Position numbers and translations under genes: made by a program
NCBI GenBank assembly: GCA_951406725.2
Contig: OX597822.1
Coordinates: 4,030,001-4,094,000, forward strand
Direction: 5' to 3'
DNA length: 64,000 bases
Source of the DNA: Octopus vulgaris
Taxonomy: Eukaryota
The notes under the pieces: model-generated
Told to the model about the DNA's origin: nothing
Databases searched by the model: none
The model's input: the letters and a program-made list of their open reading frames with translations, nothing else
Shown here: positions 1-12,229 of the stretch, piece by piece
Position numbering within the stretch: position 1 is the first letter of the stretch
Layout of the letters: each line of letters opens with the position of its first letter

Positions 1-137
1 CCCCGGGACTTATTCTTTTTGTAAGCCCAGTACTTATTCTATCGGTCTCTTTTTGCCGAACCGCTAAGTGACGGGGACGTAAACACACAAGCATCGGTTG
101 TCAAGCAATGCTAGGGGGGACAAACACAGACACACAA

Positions 138-170
<33 letters not shown>

Positions 171-213
171 CATATATACGACAGGCTTCTTTCAGTTTCC
201 GTCTACCAAATCC
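1..213 (-). mobile_element. SINE family A, partial copy (3' body, internal microsatellite, part of core)
   Basis: Nearly identical to the full copy at 4819-5224 (GAACCGCTAAG..GGGACGTAAACAC; CTTCTTTCAGTTTCCGTCTACCAAATCC). Confidence 0.85.
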
Positions 214-269
214 GTCTACCAAGTATATATATATATTAGCAATAATTATAACGATATGAGACATGGAGA

Positions 270-978
270 CATGTTCATCCTCAAAATTAATTTCCTCTTC
301 TTTTACATTATATACAGCATATTTTCATGCTCTTCGTGGTCTACATGTGTTTCCACTGCACTGATTACGGGCAGTTGCAGATGCAACCTGACACGACTTT
401 CGGTGCAGCTTCTTCGCGCGGTTAAACCATTGTTGTATACATCCGAAAAGAAGAACAAGTTAACATCATCGGTAACCACTGAGCCGCAGTTTTATGTCGG
501 AGTTATCGCAGTAAATGTCTTAAGGCTGTATCATGACATAGAAATAATCGGACTGAATACCCGATCGCGCGGTTAAACCATTGGGAGTGAAGGAGTCCTA
601 GCCTTTGTTAGCACATCCTTCTAGGAGAAGGTAACTCAGTCACGGACAACTAATAGTAGTCATAGACGTTAAACACTGGTCGAAGTGGTCAACCGTAAGG
701 TGGAACACAACTGAGAACTACAACAGTATCTGCCCGGATGGTGTATCGCTCCAAACTCACACTTGCCTAGCTCGAAGCGAACAGATTCGCTTCGAAATAG
801 CCATTTCACTTCTAACTAGCTAAATAGATAGACCCTGAGGAGGCTGCACCGAAAATCGTGCAAGGTTGCCTCTGCAGCTGCCCATAATAAGTGCGGCGGA
901 AACACGTGTAGATCATAAATTGCATAAAAATATGTTGTATAAAATTGTAAAATAGGAAATGAATTTTAAGAATTCATG
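270..978. repeat. Inverted repeat pair (270-415 vs 838-978) of a Penelope-like terminal unit
   Basis: Reverse complement of 270-415 (AAGAAGCTGCACCGAAAGTCGTG...GGAAACACATGTAGACC) aligns with 838-978 (GAGGAGGCTGCACCGAAAATCGTG...GGAAACACGTGTAGATC). Confidence 0.8.
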
Positions 979-1125
979 GAGCAAGACTCCATCGGAGGAA
1001 ATTACAGTCACGGACAACTAATAGTAGTCATAGACGTTAAACACTGGTCGAAGTGGTCAACCGTAAGGTGGAACACAACTGAGAACCACCACAGTATCTT
1101 CCCGGATGGTGTATCGCTCCAACTC
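638..1125 (+). repeat. ~120-bp direct duplication (638-760 and 1005-1125)
   Basis: CAGTCACGGACAACTAATAGTAGTCATAGACG...GGTGTATCGCTCCAA occurs twice, almost identically. Confidence 0.9.
831..914 (+). ncRNA. Type I minimal hammerhead ribozyme-like motif (degenerate)
   Basis: CTGAGGA 835-841; stem II GCTGCAC/GTGCGGC; GAAA 899-902; C-ACGT-G palindromic stem III; GTA cleavage triplet; stem I GACC/GATC with one mismatch. Confidence 0.55.
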
Positions 1126-1179
1126 ATCTTATACGGGTGTACTTATGTATCCATGAATACATATGTCAAGTCACTTTTG

Positions 1180-1715
1180 AGCGCTACTGGTAACATGTAA
1201 CCCAGTACAACCTGTTGCATGGTCGGGTCGTCTGTGACTAAACCGGCAACGCCACCAAGCTTGCTTGGTGAGGAGGGTGTTAATTTGGACACCCTGCGGG
1301 ATGTAAAACAAAACCCGTCAAAGGGTGGAGGAACTCTCGAGAGTCAACGGCCTTCCAATAAATGTCTTAAGACTGTATCTTGCGCGGGGACATAGAAATA
1401 ATCGGACTGAATACCCAATCGCGCGGCTAAACCATTGAGAGTGAAGGACTCCCAGCTTTTGTTAGGGCATCCTTCTAGGAGAAGGTAACTCAGGTAACTG
1501 GGATAACTCCGACATAAAACCCGCGGCTCAGTGGTTAACGATGATGTTGACTTGTTCTTCTTTTCGGATTATGGCTGCTGTTGCTTAGTGAGTGGGATTG
1601 ACTCAGTGCACAGCCTTCCTCGCTTAAAAAAAAATCTTCTTGCACAGGCATTGCACGATAACAACATTGATTAAGCTTCGTGCAATGGCCATACTCAATA
1701 ACGAGGGGGCAGCCA
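1180..1715 (+). mobile_element. Probable RTE-clade LINE 5' UTR-like fragment, with rearranged partial copies at 445-640
   Basis: TTAGGGCATCCTTCTAGGAGAAGGTAACTC resembles RTE 5' UTR motifs as I recall them; 1360-1492 recurs directly at 512-640 and 1495-1570 recurs inverted at 447-512. Confidence 0.45.
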
Positions 1716-2249
1716 CCATGAATACATTTATCTATACGCGTGTGTTTGAGTTCGTTCCTCCATCATCACTCGATCACTGGATTGGTTGTCTACATCCTTG
1801 TAATTTAGCTGTTTGGCACAAGAGCCCGGTAGAGTAAGTATCAGGCTTTAAATCATAAATACTGGAGTCGATTCATTCGACTAAAATCTTTCAATGCTCC
1901 AAAATCGCCGCACTTCCACACCTGAAACAAGCATAAAATCAAAAATATGTTACAAGATATTTTCCGCATTAAGTGAAACAATAGTCTGAACACGCAAGAG
2001 AAAGATATGGACATGTTTCTTTTTTGACCTCATCTAATCGAAATATATTTACATATTTCTTCTTTGCTTGAAAACAAATATCAGTCAGACCTTCCCCTTT
2101 GCATTTACAAATAATCCGAGAAATTTCATCGGAATTTCTTCAGTGTTTTTTGACGTTTTCCTTTACAGCTAAACTCATTTGACGTTGATATTTTGCTTTC
2201 AATTTCTCACATATAGGGATAACTACAATTAGGACACAAATAATTTATC

Positions 2250-2295
<46 letters not shown>

Positions 2296-2369
2296 ACACA
2301 CACACACAAACATACACACACACGCACACATGCATATTTTATGTTAATATATATATATATATATATACA

Positions 2370-2722
2370 CGAGCGCACCCCCCCCCCCCGTCCAATGGAC
2401 GATGCTGAGTTGTCCAAAATTTAAACCAAATTTTCTCAAAGCAACTTGAGAAACACTGATTTAACCTAAATTTGAGACACCAGCAAAAGAAGAAATACAG
2501 ATAGACATTTTTTTCCTATTCCAAAGGTAAACGATTACCCAATGCTTTATCGAGCACATTCTCACCTGAAATTGATTTTTGTAATTTTTTCAAAACTTAT
2601 ACACGCCTTGATGCCATCGCTATCTACATATCAAATTTGAGTGCAATCGGATGGAGGATGCCCGAGATCCTAGAAGCTACACACAGACACAGACAGACAG
2701 AACGGATTTTATATAAGAGATA
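2370..2722 (+). mobile_element. Non-autonomous Helitron/Helentron (DINE-1/HINE-like) fragment
   Basis: AAATTTGAGTGCAATCGGATGG followed by (ACAG)n and a TTTTATATAAGAGAT end, which is the typical architecture of these elements. Confidence 0.45.
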
Positions 2723-2744
2723 CACACACACTCACACACACACA

Positions 2745-2788
<44 letters not shown>

Positions 2789-2789
2789 A

Positions 2790-3000
2790 AATGTGACCGC
2801 GTGTGTACCGTTGGCGAATTTTTTTTCTCCGTCTTCCCTTCTTTGGATCTTTCCTTTTCCTATGTTTCTGACGAAGAGCTCCGCTTGAAACGTTAAATCC
2901 TCCTTTCTTTCGTTTCCTGAGCGCCCAATAACACTATACTTGTTCCACGTCCTCGCGTTGTTATGTTTTCTCTTTGTGTTTTCATGTTTGGATTAACTTT
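2790..3000 (+). mobile_element. Penelope-like terminal-repeat unit with hammerhead-like core
   Basis: CTGACGA-A-GAGC-TCC-GCTT-GAAACGTTA at 2868-2895, flanked by (TA)n-rich tracts; related units at 51215-51365 (-) and 63830-64000 (+). Confidence 0.55.
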
Positions 3001-3248
3001 ATACACATATATACATACATGTGTATGCGTATTTATATATGTATTTCAAAGACAGGATGAAGGTGACTAGATAGCGTTAGATTGTTTGATAATGACTGCT
3101 AAGCAGAAACAGTGATGTCAGTATCAAAATTTTCCTTGTAAACATTGATAGCCATGGTACATTACTAAGAGGTATTGATTGTCCCTTCAGTTTAATGCTG
3201 AAATGATTTTATGTATAACTTTGTAGAAACGCAAGCATGTATATATAT

Positions 3249-3639
3249 TCTTTTATTCGTTTCAGTCATCTGACTACGGCCAAACTGGAGCACCGCCTTT
3301 AGTCGAAGAAATCGACGCCAGAACTTTTCTTTGTAAGCCTGTTACTTATTCTCTCAGTTTCTTTCGCCAAACCGCCAAGTCAACGGGAACGCAAACACAC
3401 CAACATCGATTGTCAGCAATTGTGGGTGGGGAACAAACTGAAACACACACACACACACACGCACACATGTCTATATACGACGCGCTTCTTTCAGTTTCCG
3501 TCTACCAAATCCACTCAAAAAGCTTTGGTCGGCCCGAGGCTATTATAGAAGACACTTGGCCTAGGTGTCACGCAGAGGGACTGAACCCGGAACCATGTGG
3601 TTTGGAAGCAAGCTTCGTACCACACAGCCACTCCTGCGC
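3249..3639 (-). mobile_element. SINE family A, full length
   Basis: tRNA-like head (TGGCTGTGTGG A box, GGTTCAGTCCC B box), internal (TG)n, tail CCAG..TGGCCG.AGTCAGATGACTGAAAC. Confidence 0.88.
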
Positions 3640-4818
3640 ACACGCACAACACACACACACACACACATACATATATATATAAATGAGTAAGAAGACACCT
3701 TTGCATCTTTGTTATTCATTTATATTTTATTCACCTACCGTGGAATCTGTACTTCGGAAATATTAGAGAAAGTATTTTTTTGTATAAAGTACATACTTGA
3801 ACAACCAAGATTTCTTCACTAAGCTGGGTCGTGTTGTCTGCAAAGACTGCAAGAATATCAAGTGGAAACACTTCTGCACAGAGTTTGATATTCACCTGAT
3901 GATGTGCAAATTAGATCGACCTAATAATGGGCCTCAATTTAAGTACCTAATTCAACTGAATCTTATATATATATATATTGAGAGAGATATATATAAAGGT
4001 AGACAGACAGACAGACAGACAGACAGAGGCAGGCGGGGGCAAATGCGCGGATAGACAAATTAGACACCTCAACTATATTAAATATTTTAATTTGTGCACG
4101 AGATACAAAATATGTATACATGTAAAACGCGAGAAAGCGAAAGGTGAGGACATTCAGATGATGATTTTTTTAAGTAGAAATATATCGATATTTGCATTAA
4201 TAGGTCCAACTTACGCAGAGTACGAACGACAGGGAAAATTAAAGGAGGGTAAGAAAGATGTTATAATTCCGACAGTTGTTTGTGGGGCTCCGTGATCCAA
4301 AATAATGCTGGTAGATATAGTTCATCACAATATGCGGCCATAGGGATGCAACTGAAATTGGATAAGACCAGCCTCCGTCATCAAGGTAGATCTTACAGTT
4401 CAGATCTGAATGCAGAAAAGTTCAATCTTTGAACTCTGCATTTACACTAAAATAATGCATCATTTGAAAGTCTCTACCTTTTGCATTTATACATATATAC
4501 ATATTTTGTATTTCCTACACAAACTAGTATATTTAATATATTTGATGTGTCTAATTTGCTGCATAATTGCCTCTATACCCGCTCAACTTGATAGCCTTTC
4601 TTTATCTTGTGGATTGAGCCCTGTAAATCCAGCCGAGGTTAACTTGCCTTTCATCTTTTCCGGGACGATGAATAAAGCACCATTCTGGTTCAGATCCGAT
4701 TCATCATTTTCGGGAGCCGACAAAATCTTGTGAGAGGATTTGGTAGACAGAAACTGCATGGAAGACCAATATCTAAATATTATATGTGGGCGTGTACTCT
4801 CTTTCTTTTTTCTTTTTT

Positions 4819-5224
4819 TTTTACTTGTTTCAGTCATTTGACTGCGGCCATGCTGGAGCACCGCCTTTTTTAGTCGAGCAAATCGACCCCGGGACTTATT
4901 CTTTGTAAGCCCAGTACTTATCCTATCTGTCTCTTTTGCCGAACCGCTAAGTTACGGGGACGTAAACACACCAGCATCTGTTGTCAAGCAATGCTAGGGG
5001 AACAAACACAGACACACAAACACACACACACATACATATACATATATACATACATATATACGACAGGCTTCTTTCAGTTTCCGTCTACCAAATCCACTCA
5101 CAAGGCATTGGTCGGCCCGGGGCTATAGCAGAAGACACTTGCCCAAGATGCCACGCAGTGGGACTGAACCCGGAACCATGTGGTTGGTTAGCAAGCTACT
5201 TACCACACAGCCACTCCTGCGCCT
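4819..5224 (-). mobile_element. SINE family A, full length, young
   Basis: Head GGCGCAGGAGTGGCTGTGTGGTAAGTAGC..GGTTCAGTCCC; CORE-like CTTGGGCAAGTGTCTT; internal microsatellite; CR1-type tail. Confidence 0.92.
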
Positions 5225-5343
5225 GTGTGTGTATATATTTATATCTTTGTGTTTGCGTTTTTCCCCCGCTGCATCTAAACAACTGTTGTTGATTTGTTCA
5301 TGTCCGCGTAATTTTAGTCATCCCGCTATTTGCTCCACCAAAC

Positions 5344-5523
5344 CAGTGCTTATCAACAGAGGTTCATATGGCCCTCAGGATCCATATAAGATTTCGGGGT
5401 GTCCAGGCAACAAAATATTAATTTGAGGATCCATAATAATATTCTAAGGGCTCCTGAAAATTTTTTTCTTTAGATGTATGTATTGGTGTGTGTGTATTGT
5501 GTGTGTGTGTGTGTGTGCTGTGC

Positions 5524-5555
<32 letters not shown>

Positions 5556-5978
5556 TGTATGTGTGTGTGTGTGTGTATGTGTGTGTGTGTGTATTATGTA
5601 CTATGTTGGTATTTCTATGTTGGTATTTTATATTTAGTGATAGTAAAATGTGATAATATATTTTTATACAGATAATTGCGCGCGCGTAAGTGTGTATGAA
5701 CTCGAGCACACATGTACACTCATGTGTGAACACACACACACGCACACACATATATGTATGTATATATATATGTATACACACAAACAGTTAGATTTCTTTC
5801 TCTAACATCTTACATCGTTCCACCAACACAAGTTAATGAGCGAGCAATAAAACAGGAATTTTGAAACGAATTTCTATAAAACTAGTTTTAAACATCGAAT
5901 CGCTGTGGGGCAGAGGTCCACCAGAATAAAATAGCGATTCAGTGGGGTCCATAAATAAAAATTGGTTAAGAACCACTG
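5344..5978. mobile_element. hAT (Charlie-like) MITE inserted into an old SINE-A copy (5225-6050)
   Basis: Termini CAGTGCTTATCAAC / GGTTAAGAACCACTG; degenerate 8-bp TSD CACCAAAC/GACTAAGC; SINE-A body and tail continue on either side. Confidence 0.7.
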
Positions 5979-6686
5979 GACTAAGCTCTTCAAGGCGGTG
6001 CTACAGCATGGCCACAGACCAATGATTGAAAGATGTAAAAGATAAAAGAATAATGATAATTGTTATCAGATTCTGCAAGCTAGCAGAATTGTTGGTGTAT
6101 CAGACAAAATGTTTAGCAGGACTTTCTCTGATTCTTCACGTTTTGAGTTCAAATTCCCGCGAGGTCGACCTTACATTTCATTTTTCCGGCATCGATCAAA
6201 AGAAATATCTTATTGTCCTTCGACTTTGCTTTTCATCCTTTTGGAATCAATAAAATAAGTACCAGTTGGGCACTAGGGTTGATGTCATTTATTATCCTCC
6301 AACCCCATAAAAGTTCAGGTCTTGTGCCTCTTGTAGGGTGAATAATTAAAAAAAAATATTAATAAACATTTAAATAAGCACACAACAAAATATTTTCTAA
6401 TTCTCGAGAAGCAAGCATACTAACAGGCTACCATTGAAAAGGTGAAGGTGCCTCTCTGTGGTCACTTGAAATGGCAACGAGGTTTCCTTCGCATCGCATA
6501 TTGTTTACTAAAACAGAAAAAAAAAAAACGGAACAGATAAGAAACCAGAGCCTCAGTATATACAAATAAGGGAATGTTCACTATTAAAACATGTTTTGGC
6601 ATATGTCTGTACGATCAACTCTCGTTCGGAGACAAAACATCACAAACAAAAACAATAGAGGTAAGACACGCACGCACTCACACAAA

Positions 6687-6844
6687 CATACATACATACA
6701 TACATACATACATACATACATACATACATACATACATACATACATACATACATACATACATACATACATGCATACATACATATATACGTACATACATACA
6801 TATATACATACATACATACATACATACATACATACATACATACA

Positions 6845-6878
<34 letters not shown>

Positions 6879-6916
6879 CGTACATACATACATATATACA
6901 TACATACATACATACA

Positions 6917-6950
<34 letters not shown>

Positions 6951-7036
6951 CATACATACATACATACATACATACATGCATACATACATATATACGTACA
7001 TACATACATATATACATATATACATACATACATACA

Positions 7037-7070
<34 letters not shown>

Positions 7071-7112
7071 CATACATATATACATACATACATATATACA
7101 TACATACATACA

Positions 7113-7146
<34 letters not shown>

Positions 7147-7376
7147 CATACATATATACATACATACATACATACATACATGCATACATACATATATACG
7201 TACATACATACATATATACATACATACATACATACATGCATACATACATACATATATACATACATACATACATATATACATACATACATACATACATACA
7301 TACATACATACATACACACATACATACATACATATATACATACATATATACATACATACATATATACATACATACA

Positions 7377-7438
<62 letters not shown>

Positions 7439-7748
7439 CATACATACATACATACATACATACATACATACATACATGCATACATACATATATACATACA
7501 TACATACATACATACATACATACATACATGCATGCATACATACATACATACATACATACATACATACATGCATACATACATACATACATACACACATACA
7601 TACATACATATATACATACATATATACATACATACATATATACATACATACATACATGCATACATACATGCATACATACATACATTCATACATACATACA
7701 TCCATACATACATACACACACACATACATACATACATACATACATACA

Positions 7749-7782
<34 letters not shown>

Positions 7783-7804
7783 CATATATACGTACATACA
7801 TACA

Positions 7805-7838
<34 letters not shown>

Positions 7839-7883
7839 CATATATACATACATACATACATACATATATACATACATACATAT

Positions 7884-7914
<31 letters not shown>

Positions 7915-7972
7915 CATACATACATACATACATATATACATACATATATACATACATACATACATACATACA

Positions 7973-8000
<28 letters not shown>
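6687..8000. repeat. ~1.3-kb (TACA)n tetranucleotide array with TATA/TGCA/CGTA variant units
   Basis: Directly visible; source of the spurious HTYI/MYVC ORFs. Confidence 0.98.
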
Positions 8001-8003
<3 letters not shown>

Positions 8004-8598
8004 GTATGTATGTGAGTGTGTGTGTGTGTGTGTGTGTTCACACATGAGTGTGCTCGAGTTCATACACACACACACCCACTTCTCTATATAAAAATATATT
8101 ATCACATTTTACTATCACTACATATAGAACTCAGAAATACCAATATAATACCTAATACTTACACACACACACACACACACCTACACACACACCTACACAC
8201 ATAGAGCCGGTCGTATAATTATAAGAATCAATAAATAACATTCATTCTCTGAAAGTTCCCTACGGAGTGTATTCTGAGACAGACGCCTTGTGCTCTAATG
8301 TAATTAAGCGTCTGGTGTGTTGAGATTCGTTGTCAGTGGGAACTGTTTACAATGATACACAATATATACATGCCAGCTCAATTCATGACTATATTTGTGT
8401 ACGCGCTCCAGTGTGCATGTGTGTGGATATATGCGTACATGCACATATACATATATGCGTGCGTTTGTGTGTGTGTCTGTGTGTCTGTGTGTGTGTCTGT
8501 GTCTGTGTGTGTGTGTGTGTGTTTAGGCTGTCTCATGACGCATTAAATGCAAGTAAGTGGAACTGGAACAAGAACGTTTATTAAGGTAAGTGTACATA

Positions 8599-8761
8599 GG
8601 CGCATGCGTGGCTGTGTGGTAAGAAGCTTGCTTCCCAACCACATGGTTCTGGGTTCAGTCCCACTGCATGGCACCTTGAGCAAGTGTCTTCTACTATAGC
8701 CTCGGGCCGTCCAAAGCCTCGTGAGTGGATTTGGTAGACAGAAACTGAAAGAAGCCCGTCG

Positions 8762-8811
<50 letters not shown>
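8599..8811 (+). mobile_element. SINE family A, 5' half
   Basis: tRNA-like head and core, ending in the internal (TA)n(TG)n. Confidence 0.85.
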
Positions 8812-8813
<2 letters not shown>

Positions 8814-9477
8814 CTTAGTTCAAATGCTCCCGGGGTTGAGTTTGCCTTTCATCGTTTCAGAGTCAGTGAAATAAGTACCAGTTTGGCACTGTTGTCAATG
8901 TAATCAATTTACCCACTAATCCGAAATTGCCTTTCTTGAAACAAAATGTGATGAGAAAACTATTACATGGTTAAAAAAATTTCAGAGTGTTTTGTTTTAG
9001 TCAGAAAGAACTCTCGGATTTCAGAATACTTGAAATTTTTCAAATATCTTACTATTTGACCGATATATGCCATTTTATTGTCGGATAAGCAAACACAACC
9101 CAGTAAATAGGCCCTTTTGAGAAAGCAGCGTTTGAGAACTAAAAGCTTTTCACAACTTTTGCCTTTTCTCATTCATAAAATGGATAGGACATCTATTACC
9201 GAAGCTATAATAATTTGCCACAACCAGTATGTAAAAGCATCCAGCATTTGCCAATAAATCATCATTGCATACAAGAAGTTGTGATTGAGGGTCTTTATTT
9301 TAAACAAATTGAGAAGTCTCGGAACAAGGTTTTACATCTTTGATCAAAAGTTGCAAGAAATTAATTTGACAACGCAACCTTCGTGCTTGGCATTGAAGAA
9401 TCGATCAAAAGCCAATCTCGCAGCTGGCGCGTCGGTTGTTATGCCTTTTTTAAGCGCCTCTTCTTGCTTCCTAACTA

Positions 9478-10730
9478 CGAGGGACGTTCAATAAGTAATG
9501 CCTCTGACCCACTTGCAGTCGTTTGATCTAGCTGAAATTTTGCATGTGCAATTATTTATATCTCTATAGATTAAGTGGCAAATTGTGGTTTCTGATTTAC
9601 AGGTGTTTGAACTGAGTCAAGTGTGAAATGGAGCCTATTGAGTGTCGAGCAGTGATCCGGTTTTTGTATTTGAAAGGACGCACACCACGGGAGACTTTTG
9701 ATGAAATGAAAGTAACTTATGGTGATGATGCCCCATCATATGACCTTGTAAAACGCTGGCATCGTGAATTCAAACATGATCGGAACTCTCTGGAAACAGC
9801 TCCCAGATGTGGTCGCCCCCCTTCTGCCATTGATGAGGCATCTGTCCGTTAAGTTGAGGCTGCCATTTTGGAAGATCGACGCATAACTATTCGCCAAATA
9901 GCCCATGAGGTCAAGATTAGTACCGGGTCTGTGGAACCTATCATTCATGACCATTTGCATATGCAAAAGGTGTCTGCCAGATGGATTCCCAGGTTGCTCA
10001 AACCTTTCCACAAGCAAGAACGCGTCGAGTGCTCGAGGATGAATTTGGAGATGTGCCAAGAAGACGAGTCAAAAATTTTCAAAAGACTGATTACACGGGA
10101 TGAAACCTGGGTCCATCACTATGATCCAGAGACCAAAGCCCAGTCAATGCAGGAGAAGCACCGTGACTCACCTCCTCCAAAGAAGGCAAGGGTGCAGCCC
10201 TCCGCTGGCGGGACCAGAACGGAGTATTGATGACAGATTTCCTGGCAAAGGGTACCACAATTACAGGGGCCTATTATGCTTCACTTTTGAGGAAATTAAG
10301 AGAAGCTATCAAAATCAAGAAGTGGGGCAAGATCAGCAAAGGCATCCTCCTCCTGCAGTACAACGCTCTGGTCCACAACTCGATGGTCGCCAGATCAGAA
10401 GCACAGGCGTGCGGCTATGAACTCCTCCCCCAACCCCCTACTCTCCTGACCTTGCACCCTCTGATTTTCACCTCTTCCCAGCCATGAAGTTGTTTTTGAA
10501 AGGAAAGCGTTTCCCAGATGATGCAGCTTTGATTTCTGAAGTCACGTCGTGGTTGGAGGACCAAGCTGGGGTCTTCTACAAAAATGGTCTACAGAGCTGC
10601 ATCAAACGATGGGAGAAATGCGTAACTCTGGGTGGTTCCTATGTAGGAAAAGACTAATAACTGTGCCAAGTTTCGTTGCTCTACTGCTATGGGAAGTGGG
10701 TCAGGGGCATTACTTATTGAACGCCCCTCG
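9478..10730 (+). mobile_element. Full-length mariner (DD34D) transposon
   Basis: ~37-bp TIRs CGAGGGACGTTCAATAAGTAATGCCTCTGACCCACTT / AAGTGGGTCAGGGGCATTACTTATTGAACGCCCCTCG; TA TSD at 9476-9477 and 10731-10732. Confidence 0.97.
9628..10658 (+). pseudogene. Mariner transposase pseudogene
   Basis: HTH N-terminus MEPIECRAVIRFL, WIPRLL, ITRDETW, YSPDLAPSDF motifs; premature TAA at 9850, deletion/frameshift near 10210, second catalytic D reads YNA. Confidence 0.93.
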
Positions 10731-12124
10731 TAGGTCTCCTTCTATCCTAGATTCCTCTAACACTATTTCCTTTCTAAAACATATGGCCTCTACTCTAACA
10801 GCCCTTTTCAGGGCTATCCACTAACGGCTGTTGACGACTGCGCCCACCAACTCTCAATCGACTAACTCGCTAGCCCGGACCCTGAAAGTATGGCACGCAG
10901 CGAAGGATGCGTTCAGCTTCCAGTATCCGGGACTCTGTCTATAGATTCTATGTCGACTGTACAGATCACAAAGTAATGGTTCGTGTTGCCGACGACTTTG
11001 AAACGTGGACAACTTATACTAATTCTATCTACAGGCCTACAAAATACTCTATCTAGATACGATCTCGAAGACCCGATGCTGTTCGACCATTGTCCATATT
11101 GGCACATTCAGGAAATCCAGTCGGCGGCTGTCAGCCAACTGAACGTGGCTGAGCAGGTTTGTGAGACCTTTACCCCCCCTACCCTATCAGCTAGCTCCAC
11201 CCTATCCAGGCGTGCATCCAAGATGGCGTTCCAGTTACCTACTAACATTAAAGAGCGTGACGCCCCAAGGAAATCCTGCTACATCCGAAAAAATCTGGCT
11301 GCCCCGCCCCTTTAGGGGCGTAAACAGTGACTAATCTAAAGGCACCACCTTCACTGATGCTCACGTCCAGGACCACTAACTTACCCTCAGGGTCCAGGAA
11401 AATCGTCCGAACTTCGAGATCCAGGCCTTTCCTAAACAGCACTGCCACCCCACCTCCCATTCCTGGTCGACTAAGGGATGCATAGATCTCATAATAATCT
11501 AAAATGGGTGCAAGATTGAGTGTGTCGGAAATCTTGGTCTCATTGGGTGCTATCACATCCAAACCTTCTTCTAAAATCCGTATTGCTAACGAAAACGCTA
11601 TCTCTGCTACAACTGTCTCTGCGACTACTGCTGCTGCTGCTGTTACCGTTTCTCGCGTTGTGGTTGCTGTCACTGCTACCACTGCTGTTGTCAATGTTTC
11701 CACTGCTGTTCCTACGAGGTGGACTTTGTACCTCCCCTCTCTCGCTTTTCCCCTCCCCTTCTCTTGTATTGTTACCAGTAACGGAAGGAAGTGGAAGGAA
11801 ATCTTCAGCAGTCACCAGATCTGTGGGAGGACAATATTCTTTTTTCTCAACTCTTTCAAGACGCGCTCCACCATCTTGTTGGGTTGTATTTGATTGAATT
11901 AAATTAAACGCCAACCGAACTTATTTGGCGGGCTGAATATAGCCCCTCGAGCGGCTAAACAAATATAGAAAACTAAGGGTAGGTTCCTAGTGTTTCTATT
12001 GACAACTTGGAAGGAAATAAATAATGGATAAATACACGAAACTAGTGTAATGTTTTAAACTCAACCAACCCGGAGCGTTTGAAAACACGTCCTATGTACT
12101 CTGCAGTGAATCATAATAATAATA

Positions 12125-12156
<32 letters not shown>

Positions 12157-12229
12157 AATTATAATATTTTAACACTGTAAAAAATGTTGAAATACTTTTA
12201 AGTGTACAAAACAGCAAATACCTTTTATT

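Larger units (their letters stand above)
9365..11565 (-). mobile_element. Tx1/L1-clade LINE ORF2 fragment (APE endonuclease plus linker), split by the mariner
   Basis: APE motifs GGGVAVLF, EGKLVVLDV, VTVYAP, GNWNAILD, SYLDRVF; linker reading frame continues across the mariner insertion. Confidence 0.8.

Noticed and set aside
1190-1300. Possible twister or HDV-like ribozyme at the RTE-like 5' region
   Set aside because: I could not build the required pseudoknot pairings by eye; an Infernal search would be needed.
6574-8105. ORFs of 335-505 aa on both strands (HTYI/MYVC repeats)
   Set aside because: Translations of the stop-free (TACA)n array, not proteins.
11540-11914. 124-aa ORF as LINE ORF1 or host gene
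   Set aside because: Half of it is low-complexity (GCT/ACT) sequence; it may be the deleted 5' part of the Tx1 element but cannot be supported.
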